Source of the DNA: Trueperaceae bacterium
GTDB lineage: Bacteria > Deinococcota > Deinococci > Deinococcales > Trueperaceae
DNA length: 36,220 nucleotides
Direction of reading: 5' to 3'
Assembly (NCBI GenBank): GCA_035703635.1
Contig: DASSXV010000072.1
Span: 1-36,220 of the forward strand
The translations under genes were made by a program, and so were the position numbers. Positions 26,107-34,145 of this stretch are shown in pieces (positions within the stretch are counted from its first letter, which is position 1; each line of letters starts with the position of its first letter). The notes under the pieces were generated by a model. It was not told the DNA's origin, ran no database searches, and worked only from the letters and a program-made list of their open reading frames with translations.

Positions 26107-26462
26107 CCTCGGCTCCTCTTGTGCTCGTCGCAGCATTCTTGGGCTTTCTTGATGAGGCTCGAGTTGGCCTGGTTCCTACCGTTGTTCTTGATCTCAGCAG
26201 TGGCTAGGTAGTAGACGTTGCCGTCCCGGAACAGGTAGATGCGTAGGGCTCCGCTGTCGCATAACTCCCGTAACTCCCAGATGTCTCCGTCTATGTGGCC
26301 AAACATCTCGGTGTGGGCTAGTTGTGGTCCCATGAAGCTGAGGTTTCGCTTCAGCTTCTCGAACTTCTTCGCGCATTGCTTGGACAGCCCTTCGAAGAGC
26401 GTCCTGGCTTGGTTGGTTGTCCCCCCGTGCCAATGCCAGGTGACCTGGTAGGGAGACTTCAT
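26103..26462 (-). CDS. HigB/RelE (Gp49-like) toxin
   Basis: 119 aa, GDIWELR...ALRIYLF pattern; toxin-first order before an HTH gene. Confidence 0.8.
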   Translation of the reverse strand: MKSPYQVTWHWHGGTTNQARTLFEGLSKQCAKKFEKLKRNLSFMGPQLAHTEMFGHIDGDIWELRELCDSGALRIYLFRDGNVYYLATAEIKNNGRNQANSSLIKKAQECCDEHKRSRG

Positions 26463-26477
26463 TGCCCACGCCCCACT

Positions 26478-26516
26478 TTAGGATTTCCTAAGGTGCAGGT
26501 GTCCAGAATATGACAC
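26478..26516. promoter_or_regulatory. Candidate TAC operator palindromes
   Basis: TTAGGA-TT-TCCTAA 26478-26491; GTGTC-N8-GACAC 26499-26516; just upstream of toxin start. Confidence 0.5.
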
Positions 26517-26746
26517 ACGCATGCCTCTGGTGTGAAGCCCCAATGCAGGGGTAATGAAGAACGCATCGCCCTGAGATCCTCTCCCTCGCTCACTCTCGCC
26601 CTCAATTCGCCCCTTGCTGCCTAAGCCCCCCTCAGTTCGTCCCGTGGTTGCCGTTGGTCATCCCTTCAGGAGCCTGTGTATGACTTTGCCGAGGACTCTG
26701 CTGCCGTCTGGGGCTTGGAAGTAGCGGGGTTCGCCGTCGGGTGGGC

Positions 26747-27160
26747 TCATAGCAGCGTGACTACGGTTGCGACCGCAGCGCCAGTGGACGCGAGGAAGAC
26801 GAGGCAACCACGTCCGGTTGCTGCGGCTCGTGGCGTGTGCGTCCCCGCGCCATGCTGGAAGACGTGCGAGATAACTTCGCTGATCTCAAGGATTCGGACG
26901 TACGCCTCAACGTAGTCCTCGTGCTCGAAAACGCCGGCCGCGTCGTTAGCGAGCTGCGTGTACATCAGTTCCTGTTCTTCGACGTCCTCGACAGTCATCG
27001 CGTACCGGCGTTCTTCTTGGACGCTTCGGTACGTGGGGAGCGTCAGCTTGATGCCGCGGAGGCCCTCTCGAACCTTCTCTAGCAGCTCTTCCTTCGAGTA
27101 GCCCCGTGCGTAGATTGCGGCTTCTTGCTCTTCTCGGAACTTCGCCCAGTCTGTCGCCAT
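26747..27160 (-). CDS. Hypothetical protein with C-terminal hydrophobic anchor
   Basis: 137-aa ORF, GAGGGGG RBS, acidic helical body, GCLVFLASTGAAVATVVTLL tail. Confidence 0.7.
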   Translation of the reverse strand: MATDWAKFREEQEAAIYARGYSKEELLEKVREGLRGIKLTLPTYRSVQEERRYAMTVEDVEEQELMYTQLANDAAGVFEHEDYVEAYVRILEISEVISHVFQHGAGTHTPRAAATGRGCLVFLASTGAAVATVVTLL

Positions 27161-27199
27161 GCTTCCCCCTCGTGCGCGCTTAGAAGCCCAGTGCCTTCG

Positions 27200-27925
27200 T
27201 CACCTGAAGCCGGGTGCTCGCGTCCAGTTCGCGACCATGACGCCACGAAGCATGGCCGGAGTCTCCTCGTCAATATGAATCGGCGCGTGAGCCGCGTTAT
27301 ACGACATGAGCCACGCCTCTCCGTCTCGCTCGGAGTACACCTTGAGTACCCCCATGTCTTCGTTTTCAAGCCATGCGACGACGATTTGCCCAGGCTGCGG
27401 CTGTAGATGTTCGTGGACAATGATGATGCTGCCCGGCGGCACCCATCTTCTGGCGTCCTCACTAACCATCGAGTCTCCTGTGACCTCAAGCAAGTAGAGA
27501 TCGTCAGGGCGGTACGTGCCGAGGAAGTAATCTGCTACGCCCAGGTAATCGACTGGTCCAGCAACTCCGCTGCCGGTTACTCCCGCTGAAACTGTCCCCA
27601 AGAACCGCACCGGTTGAATCCTCCCCCTTGTCGGCTCGGCGTCGACTTTTCCGGTTAGAAGCACATCTAGGTCTTCTGGAAGCGCATCGACAACCCCTGT
27701 GCCGATCTTGTCGACGAGCCAGATCGGAACTGAGTAAATCCGACTCAAGCGGCGGGCAGTGTCGCTGCTCATGTTCACTGGGCCGATTGAGTTCTCGATG
27801 TTGGTGATCGTTGTGTGGCTCAGCCCAGCGCGTGAGCCAGCCTGACGCGCAGAGGGAATTCCGCGCCGCAAGCGCAGTTCTTTGAACAGGTCGCCAGGGG
27901 TGACAGGCCCCTTAGTGGTCGTCAT
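27200..27925 (-). CDS. CI/LexA-like prophage repressor (HTH + S24 peptidase)
   Basis: N-terminal HTH (GLSHTTITNIEN), VSAG cleavage site, GDSM Ser and LKVY Lys; TAGAGT 7 nt before ATG 27925. Confidence 0.9.
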   Translation of the reverse strand: MTTTKGPVTPGDLFKELRLRRGIPSARQAGSRAGLSHTTITNIENSIGPVNMSSDTARRLSRIYSVPIWLVDKIGTGVVDALPEDLDVLLTGKVDAEPTRGRIQPVRFLGTVSAGVTGSGVAGPVDYLGVADYFLGTYRPDDLYLLEVTGDSMVSEDARRWVPPGSIIIVHEHLQPQPGQIVVAWLENEDMGVLKVYSERDGEAWLMSYNAAHAPIHIDEETPAMLRGVMVANWTRAPGFR

Positions 27926-27932
27926 GATTGCC

Positions 27933-28042
27933 ACTCTAGGCGACGCGCTGTAAAGCCAACCGACCATTACGCGCCACTATAGCCGAAACACTGGCAAGTG
28001 TAGTTGACACTCAATGAGGTCAGGTGTAAACTCAACTTGCCA
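27933..28042. promoter_or_regulatory. Lysis/lysogeny switch: divergent promoters and operator inverted repeat
   Basis: TTGACA 28004-28009, 17 nt, TAAACT 28027-28032 (+); minus-strand TAGAGT 27933-27938 and TATAGT 27976-27981; 15/19 inverted repeat 27993-28011 vs 28023-28041. Confidence 0.75.
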
Positions 28043-28311
28043 TGCGAGAGAACACAAAGACCCCCCCGGCAATGCGAACGCCGCAGGAGCTTGCCGCCGC
28101 CCTCGGGCTTCAGCCGCAAACGGTAATGAAATTCTGCCGCGAGGAACGCATCAAGTGCATCCGAGTCGGCAGACTCTACCGGATTTCTGCCCCTGAGTTC
28201 GACCGGGTACTACGCGAAGGCGTGCCGCAAGTCCCCGGCGAACAGAGTGGCCCCGCAGTGTCAACTTCCCGGCAAGCACGCACCAATAACAGGAAGGAGG
28301 TGTCTCAGTGA
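28042..28311 (+). CDS. Excisionase-like HTH (HTH_17) protein in the Cro position
   Basis: TPQELAAALGLQPQTVMKFCREERIKCIRVGRLYRI. Confidence 0.8.
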   Translation: MRENTKTPPAMRTPQELAAALGLQPQTVMKFCREERIKCIRVGRLYRISAPEFDRVLREGVPQVPGEQSGPAVSTSRQARTNNRKEVSQ

Positions 28312-28559
28312 GTCCTGATCTTGAGCGTGTTCAGTTCCTGAACTCGTTGTCGTTCCTCACGGCGCAAGAAGCCGGAGAGTTGCTGCGCACCGGCAGGCAC
28401 GAGATTTACCGCCTCGTGCGTGCCGGGCACATCGCCTGCACGCGGTTCGGGAAGAAAGTCGTCATCTCCCGCGAGGAACTCGACCGCTTCATGCGCGAAG
28501 GGCACGTGGTGAACACGCGCCCCATGACCAAGCAGGTGAGAAGGCACCTCAGCAACTAA
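28308..28559 (+). CDS. Excisionase-like HTH (HTH_17) protein
   Basis: LTAQEAGELLRTGRHEIYRLVRAGHIACTRFGKKVVISREEL; AAGGAGG RBS. Confidence 0.85.
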   Translation: MSPDLERVQFLNSLSFLTAQEAGELLRTGRHEIYRLVRAGHIACTRFGKKVVISREELDRFMREGHVVNTRPMTKQVRRHLSN

Positions 28560-28641
28560 CCGCCAAGAAGCAGGCGCGCTTACCGCGCGCCTAGGCTCCT
28601 GCCCCGAGGTTGCACTCGGGAACCCTTGAAGGGGGAAAACC

Positions 28642-28908
28642 ATGAACAGTGTAGCAACAAGTCGCCTCGCCGCGTTACACGAGGAACGCCACGACCTCCT
28701 CGAACACATGCAAGACCTCCTCGACGAGGCTGCTGCGCACGCCGCGGCGCACCCCACGCCAATGGACCAGTGGATGGATGCCCGCCGCCGCCTGAATGCG
28801 GAAGCCGCGCGCCTCGGAATCGTCAACGAGCAGATCGCAGCCCTCACGCTGGGCCGCGGCAGCCGCAGTTTGCCGACGCGCACGCAAAGCCAGCAGGTGG
28901 AGCGATGA
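28642..28908 (+). CDS. Hypothetical phage protein (helical)
   Basis: 88-aa ORF with GGGGG RBS, starts a chain of ATGA/GTGA-coupled genes. Confidence 0.65.
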   Translation: MNSVATSRLAALHEERHDLLEHMQDLLDEAAAHAAAHPTPMDQWMDARRRLNAEAARLGIVNEQIAALTLGRGSRSLPTRTQSQQVER

Positions 28909-29159
28909 CCTCGACTCTCACTCGCTCCGACTTGGCTGCTTCCGTCAGGGCGCACCAGGACGCGCAGGCCAATCTGCGGCGAGCGGACGCGGCGCATTGC
29001 GCTGCCGCCGACGCGGCCACGGACGCACGCCTTGCGCTCCTCGCCGAGCTTGAAGCCCGCCAAGCACACCGCGTCGTCGTCGCCGGCCACCTCGTTGAGG
29101 TCACCGAGCGTCACGGCGTGCGCGGCGTGAGCGTCACCCCCGTAGAGGTGCTGCCGTGA
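28905..29159 (+). CDS. Hypothetical phage protein
   Basis: MTSTLTRSDL...VEVLP, ATGA overlap upstream and GTGA overlap downstream. Confidence 0.65.
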   Translation: MTSTLTRSDLAASVRAHQDAQANLRRADAAHCAAADAATDARLALLAELEARQAHRVVVAGHLVEVTERHGVRGVSVTPVEVLP

Positions 29160-29365
29160 GCCGCCTCGACGAGATTCGCGCCAAGGGCTGGACCTCCCAT
29201 TTGTTGATGCTCCGGGCCAAGCAGACCGGCGACGTGCTCCTCGCCGCCGAAGCTGACGCGCAAGCCGTCGTGGAGCGCCTCCGCAAGGGGCCGCACAAGC
29301 TCCTGCCGCTCGAGCCCACCGTCGTGATCGAGGCCGCCGCGCGGCAGTTGGGGGTGCTCGCATGA
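29156..29365 (+). CDS. Hypothetical phage protein
   Basis: 69-aa ORF, overlap-coupled on both sides. Confidence 0.6.
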   Translation: MSRLDEIRAKGWTSHLLMLRAKQTGDVLLAAEADAQAVVERLRKGPHKLLPLEPTVVIEAAARQLGVLA

Positions 29366-29484
29366 GCGACCTCCAAGTGACCCTCTACGTCTTCGCGTTC
29401 TTCTCCGGCCTCTCAGTCGTCCTTGGCGTCCTCATCGCCGTCCATGACGGCATCGAGTGGCTCATCAACAGGAGGAGAGCATGA
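29362..29484 (+). CDS. Small single-TM protein (40 aa, not in ORF track)
   Basis: MSDLQVTLYVFAFFSGLSVVLGVLIAVHDGIEWLINRRRA; ATGA overlaps at both ends. Confidence 0.65.
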   Translation: MSDLQVTLYVFAFFSGLSVVLGVLIAVHDGIEWLINRRRA

Positions 29485-29645
29485 CCCTCTACTGCCACAC
29501 CCCCGGCTGCGCGCACGCCGAAGGCATCGAGGTCGCCTGGGTCGGCGTGACGGACACCGACCCCGGCTACCTATCCACCGAGGTCTGCCCGCGCTGCAAG
29601 CGCGACCTCGAAGAGACGCCACCCCCAGAGGAGGGCGAGGAATGA
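29481..29645 (+). CDS. Small Zn-finger-like protein (54 aa)
   Basis: CHTPGC...CPRC; AGGAGGAG RBS; ATGA overlaps. Confidence 0.65.
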   Translation: MTLYCHTPGCAHAEGIEVAWVGVTDTDPGYLSTEVCPRCKRDLEETPPPEEGEE

Positions 29646-31618
29646 CGCGCATCGAACTGGTGAGCCTGCGGCTGCGGAACTTCAAGGGCGCGACGAGCTT
29701 CGAGCTGATCCTCGACGGCCAGTCGGGGTCCGTCATGGGCAGAAACGCGAGCGGCAAGACCAGCCTCGCTGATGCCTACAGCTACCTCCTCTTCGAGAAG
29801 GACAGCTCTGGCCGCAAGGACTTCGACATCAAGACGCTGGTCGGGGGTGTCGCCCTCTCTGGCGTCGACCACGAGGTCGAGGGCGTGTTCCGCATCGACG
29901 GCGAAGAGCTCGTCCTCAAGCGGGTGTACGCGGAGAAGTGGACGAAGAAGCGCGGCTCCGCTACAGCCGAGATGACGGGTCACGAAACCAGCCACTTTGT
30001 GGACGGCGTGCCCGTCACGAAAGGCGAGTACGCCACGCGCGTTTCGGAGATCGCGGACGAGGCCACTTGGCGGTTGCTGAGCGACCCTGGGGCGTTTCAG
30101 GCGCTGCATTGGCAGGAGCGCCGCAAGGTGCTGCTGGACGTGTGCGGCGACGTGTCTGACGCGGACGTGATCGCGAGCAACCCCGAGTTGGCTGACCTGC
30201 CTGGCGTCCTCGGCAAGCGCAGCCTCGAGGAGCACCGGAAGGTGATCGCCAGCCGCAAGCCGCAGCTCAACCGCGAGCTGCAGGAACTCCCGGCGCGCAT
30301 CGACGAGGTGCAACGCGGCCTGCCTGAGCGCCCCGAGTTGAGCCTCAAGCAGGTCACGAGCGGCTTGGAGGCGGCAAGGGCCGCGCACGCTGACGCCCTG
30401 GCAGAGCTCGCCGCGGCCAAGGCCGGCCAGGGTGACGCGGCCGCGGAGCGCAAGCGCCTGCGCGAAGTCGAGGACGCCCTGACCGACCTCGAGCGACAGG
30501 CGCGCCGACGGGACGAGGAGGCCGCAGACAAGGCCCGCGGCAAGCTGGCGGACGCCAAGCGCGGCCTTGAGGACGCCAAGGAGCGCCTCGTGCGCTGGGA
30601 ACGACAAGCAACCGACCTACAGAGTGATGTGGCGCGCCTGGACGCGCAACTCGTGGAGCTGCGTGAGCGCTGGGCGGTCGTGAACGCCCGCAAGGTCGAC
30701 CCGCACGTTGACGGCACGTGCGCGGCTTGCCATCAGGCGCTGCCTGCTGAGCAGGTCGAGGAGGCGCACGCCGCCGCCGTGGCTGAGCTCAACGGCCGCA
30801 AGGCGCGCGAACTCGCGCAGATCACCGATGACGGCAAGAGCCTCAAGGCGAAGCGCGAGAGTGTGGCGGCCGAACTGGCAATGCTGCTCGACAGGGCCCG
30901 CAACCAGACGACCGGCCTGGCGTCACTGCAGGCGGACGTGGACAAGGCCACCGAGGCGCTGACCAAGGCCGAGACCACGGTCACTGCCGACGTGACTCGC
31001 ACCAAGCCTTACACGCAGTTGGCCGCCGAGCGTGATGACCTCACGCGCCGCATCGAGGCCGTGATGGCCGGCGATCCGGCCGCCCTCACTGACCTAGAGG
31101 CCCGCGTGGCCGAGCAGCTGCAGGCCATCGCGCTCCTCGAGCAGGACGCTCAGGCGCACGAGGCCAGAGCCAAGGGTGAGGCGCGCATCGAGCAGCTCAA
31201 GGAGCAGGAGCGCACCCTGGCCAAGGAGTTCGAGGAACTCGAGCGCCAGTTGCACCTCTGCGAGTTGTTCGTGCGGACCAAGGTCTCGATGCTCGAGGAC
31301 AAGGTGGCCGCCAAGTTCCGGCTCGTCCGCTTCAAACTCTTCGAGAACCAGGTCAACGGTGGCATCGCCGAGGTCTGCACCGCCACCGTCAACGGCGTGC
31401 CGTACGAGAGCGTCAACCACGCCGGGCAGATCGCGGCGGGCTTGGACATCATCCGCACTTTGCAAGAGCACCACGGCCTTTCCGCCCCAGTCTGGGTCGA
31501 TCAGGCCGAGTCAATCAGCGACATCCCAGCGACTGGCGCGCAGCAGATCGCGCTCGTCGTCAGCCCCCAAGACAAGCAGCTCCGCGTCGAGCTGCAGAAA
31601 GAAGCGGTAGCAGCATGA
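29642..31618 (+). CDS. Rad50/SbcC-like coiled-coil ATPase
   Basis: LRNFKG, Walker A GRNASGKTS, long coiled coil with central CAAC hook, C-terminal VWVDQAESI Walker B; start ATG 29642. Confidence 0.85.
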   Translation: MTRIELVSLRLRNFKGATSFELILDGQSGSVMGRNASGKTSLADAYSYLLFEKDSSGRKDFDIKTLVGGVALSGVDHEVEGVFRIDGEELVLKRVYAEKWTKKRGSATAEMTGHETSHFVDGVPVTKGEYATRVSEIADEATWRLLSDPGAFQALHWQERRKVLLDVCGDVSDADVIASNPELADLPGVLGKRSLEEHRKVIASRKPQLNRELQELPARIDEVQRGLPERPELSLKQVTSGLEAARAAHADALAELAAAKAGQGDAAAERKRLREVEDALTDLERQARRRDEEAADKARGKLADAKRGLEDAKERLVRWERQATDLQSDVARLDAQLVELRERWAVVNARKVDPHVDGTCAACHQALPAEQVEEAHAAAVAELNGRKARELAQITDDGKSLKAKRESVAAELAMLLDRARNQTTGLASLQADVDKATEALTKAETTVTADVTRTKPYTQLAAERDDLTRRIEAVMAGDPAALTDLEARVAEQLQAIALLEQDAQAHEARAKGEARIEQLKEQERTLAKEFEELERQLHLCELFVRTKVSMLEDKVAAKFRLVRFKLFENQVNGGIAEVCTATVNGVPYESVNHAGQIAAGLDIIRTLQEHHGLSAPVWVDQAESISDIPATGAQQIALVVSPQDKQLRVELQKEAVAA

Positions 31619-32595
31619 GCGGAGATGTAACGAAGTCAAACGGAACTCCTGGACAGGCGCTCGCCAAGCCCAAGGCGACCCTCAGTGAGCGGTTCCTGGC
31701 CGACGTTGAGCGCCAGTTCCTGGCCGAGATGGGCCGCGGCACTCAGTTCACGGCCCTCGAGCAGCGCCTCGTGCAGCACATGTACCTGTCGGTCGACCAG
31801 GCGTTGAAGGCCGCGGAAGAGAAGCGCACGAAGGGCTGGACGGAAGAGAAGCTCGCCACCGCGGCTGACGACCCGCGCGCCTTCACGTGGCACCATGTCG
31901 ACCGTCAGAAGCTGGCTCTGGACACGGTCCATCGCGTGAGCCTGGGCCTCGATGCCCTCATCCCGAATCACATCTGGCCGATCGCTTACTTCAACAGCGC
32001 TAAGGGCTTGTACGACATCGACTTGCGCGTCGGTTACATCGGTCGTGATTACGTCACGCGCCGCTTCGCGATGGACACGCCCATCGATATCGCCTATGAG
32101 CTGGTGTACTCGACCGACACCTTCAAGGCGTTGCCGCGCAGCTCGTCGCGTGAGGTCGAGGGTTACGAGTTCGAGATTACGAACCCCTTCAACCGTGGGG
32201 ATATCGTCGGTGGCTTCGGTTACATCGTGTACGACGACCCGCGCAAGAACCGCCTAGTGCTCGTCACGAAGCGCGACTTCGACCGCGCGAGGGCGGCTAG
32301 CAAGAGCGACTTCTGGACCAAGAACGACGTCGAAATGCACCTCAAGACCGTGTACCACCGCGTGGTTGGGAAGATGACGCTGGATCCCGCGAAGGTCAAC
32401 GTCGAGGTGCTCGCGTCCGTCCTCGAGGATGACCGCGACGTGGTTGACGTCGCGCACGTCGAGGTCGAGGTGGCGCACCGGAACGTCGCTAACCGTCAGT
32501 TGGTGGACGTGCAGCCGGCCACAGTCGACGTCGAGTCGGCAGGCGAAGCCGCAGAACCCGAGAGCCTCTTCGCGGAAGCCACGCCGGGCTTCTGA
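31615..32595 (+). CDS. recT: RecT-family single-strand annealing protein
   Basis: LGLD...PIAY, VGYIG, VYSTDTF, PFNRGDIVGGFGY, FW...EMHLKTV, acidic C-terminal tail. Confidence 0.8.
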   Translation: MSGDVTKSNGTPGQALAKPKATLSERFLADVERQFLAEMGRGTQFTALEQRLVQHMYLSVDQALKAAEEKRTKGWTEEKLATAADDPRAFTWHHVDRQKLALDTVHRVSLGLDALIPNHIWPIAYFNSAKGLYDIDLRVGYIGRDYVTRRFAMDTPIDIAYELVYSTDTFKALPRSSSREVEGYEFEITNPFNRGDIVGGFGYIVYDDPRKNRLVLVTKRDFDRARAASKSDFWTKNDVEMHLKTVYHRVVGKMTLDPAKVNVEVLASVLEDDRDVVDVAHVEVEVAHRNVANRQLVDVQPATVDVESAGEAAEPESLFAEATPGF

Positions 32596-33317
32596 TGCTC
32601 AAGTTCGAATCGTTCGCCAGCGGGTCCGCTGGCAACTTGTACCGCGTCACGGCCGATGGTCACGCCCCACTCCTCATCGAGGCGGGCGTGGCCTACAAGG
32701 CGCTCCGCAGAGCCCTCGCCTTCCAGGTCACGAGCCTGGCCGGTTGCCTCGTCTCCCATACCCACGGCGATCACAGCCGCAGCGTTCCCGAGTTGCTCGC
32801 AGCCGGCGTGAGCGTCTACGCGAGTCCGGAGGCAGGCGAGGCGCTGGGTGTGGACCGGCGCCACAACTTCCACCCCGTCCTCGACGGCGAGCAGTTCGAC
32901 GTCGGCGGCTGGACAGTGCTTCCCTTCGACCTGGTTCACGACGTGCCTTGCCAGGGTTTCCTCATCCAGTCCAAGGGCGGCGAGAAGCTGCTGTACATCA
33001 CGGACACGGCGTACTGCCCCTGGACGTTCTCAGGTGTCAGCGTGGCGGCGATCGAGGCCAACTACAGCCGCGGCATCCTCGATCGCCTCGTCGAGCAGGG
33101 CACCCTCGACCGGCACCACGCGGCCAGGGTCATTCGCAACCACATGTCGATTGAGCACGCCGCGCAACTCCTGCAGGGCCTTGCCATGCCCAGTCTGCGC
33201 GAGGTGCACCTCTTGCACCTGTCAGGCGGGAACAGCGACGAGGCCGACTTCCAGCGGCAGATCGAGCGGATTGTCGGCGTGCCCGTCTACGTGGCAGGCG
33301 AGGGGGTGAGGGCGTGA
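32595..33317 (+). CDS. MBL-fold metallo-hydrolase (probable nuclease)
   Basis: SGSAGN, HTHGDH (HxHxDH), HD, TDT, EANY, HMS, LLHLS. Confidence 0.88.
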   Translation: MLKFESFASGSAGNLYRVTADGHAPLLIEAGVAYKALRRALAFQVTSLAGCLVSHTHGDHSRSVPELLAAGVSVYASPEAGEALGVDRRHNFHPVLDGEQFDVGGWTVLPFDLVHDVPCQGFLIQSKGGEKLLYITDTAYCPWTFSGVSVAAIEANYSRGILDRLVEQGTLDRHHAARVIRNHMSIEHAAQLLQGLAMPSLREVHLLHLSGGNSDEADFQRQIERIVGVPVYVAGEGVRA

Positions 33318-33562
33318 GCGGCGTCGTGCAGCCCCTCCTCGCTGGCCTCGAACTCAAGCACACGATCGCCAGCAAACGCGGTCAGCAGTGGGTCGAGCAG
33401 TGCACCCATTGCGGCACCCTCGTGTGCGTCAGCAGCGCGGCGGGCCGCGCCAAGAGCGCACCGCTCGGCGCATGCCCCGCCTGCGGCGGCATCAACTGGT
33501 CCCTCCAGTACGTTCCTAGCGACGGCATCGGCATGTTCAAGATCGACAAGGGGCAACAGTGA
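33314..33562 (+). CDS. Small Zn-ribbon protein
   Basis: CTHCG...CPACGG; GTGA overlaps. Confidence 0.65.
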   Translation: MSGVVQPLLAGLELKHTIASKRGQQWVEQCTHCGTLVCVSSAAGRAKSAPLGACPACGGINWSLQYVPSDGIGMFKIDKGQQ

Positions 33563-33837
33563 AGCGCCCGATCATCGTCTGGAGTGACCCGCCGGCCGCT
33601 GAACCCCGCGTCCGCCGACTCAAGCACGGGCCTTACGTCACTGCCTTACGTGAGCGCCCAGGGCAATGGGCTTGCCTCATGCGCAGCGAGGACCCCCAAA
33701 CCCTCCGAAACATGCAAAGCACCCTTTACGGCCGCGGTTACAAGCGCCTCGCCGCCCCCTACGCGCTCCAGCTTCGCGTCCGCGCGACCGGCGGGGGAGA
33801 TTACGGACTCTGGGCGCGCGTCGTGGAGAAGCCGTGA
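33559..33837 (+). CDS. Hypothetical phage protein
   Basis: 92-aa ORF, overlap-coupled on both sides. Confidence 0.6.
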   Translation: MKRPIIVWSDPPAAEPRVRRLKHGPYVTALRERPGQWACLMRSEDPQTLRNMQSTLYGRGYKRLAAPYALQLRVRATGGGDYGLWARVVEKP

Positions 33838-34145
33838 CCGCCCCGCGCTTGCGTGCCTGCCCGCACTGCGGTGGTTCCCTCCGGCCAGCGCGCCAACCGT
33901 GGCCGCGGCCAGGCACGGCCGCCGCCCGCATCCTCGACGCCCTCAACCGTTTCGCGCCACTGCCGCTCGGCCTCACCGACCTCGCCGACGAGATCGACGC
34001 GAAGCCCAGCACCGTCTCACAGCACCTCACGCGACTCGTCAGAGCCGGACTAGTGCAGCGGTGGAAGGCCGGTAAAACCGCGCAGTACCGCGCCGCCACC
34101 GGCCTCGACATCGACACCAGCTACCAGAGAGAGGAGCGCCCGTAG
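33834..34145 (+). CDS. ArsR/MarR-like winged-helix protein with N-terminal CPHC
   Basis: LTDLADEIDAKPSTVSQHLTRLVRAGLVQR; GTG 33834 overlaps upstream stop. Confidence 0.75.
   Translation: MTAPRLRACPHCGGSLRPARQPWPRPGTAAARILDALNRFAPLPLGLTDLADEIDAKPSTVSQHLTRLVRAGLVQRWKAGKTAQYRAATGLDIDTSYQREERP

Noticed and set aside
29423-29641. N-terminal extension of the 731-aa ATPase ORF
   Set aside because: Region is better explained by two small overlap-coupled genes; the Rad50-like sequence begins at ATG 29642.
31600-31618. C-terminal VAA on the Rad50-like ATPase (and on YceI) as degrons
   Set aside because: Only the last two or three residues match, and Ala is abundant in GC-rich proteomes. This also tempers the antitoxin claim, although that one additionally matches the acidic/Asn/Tyr part of the tag.
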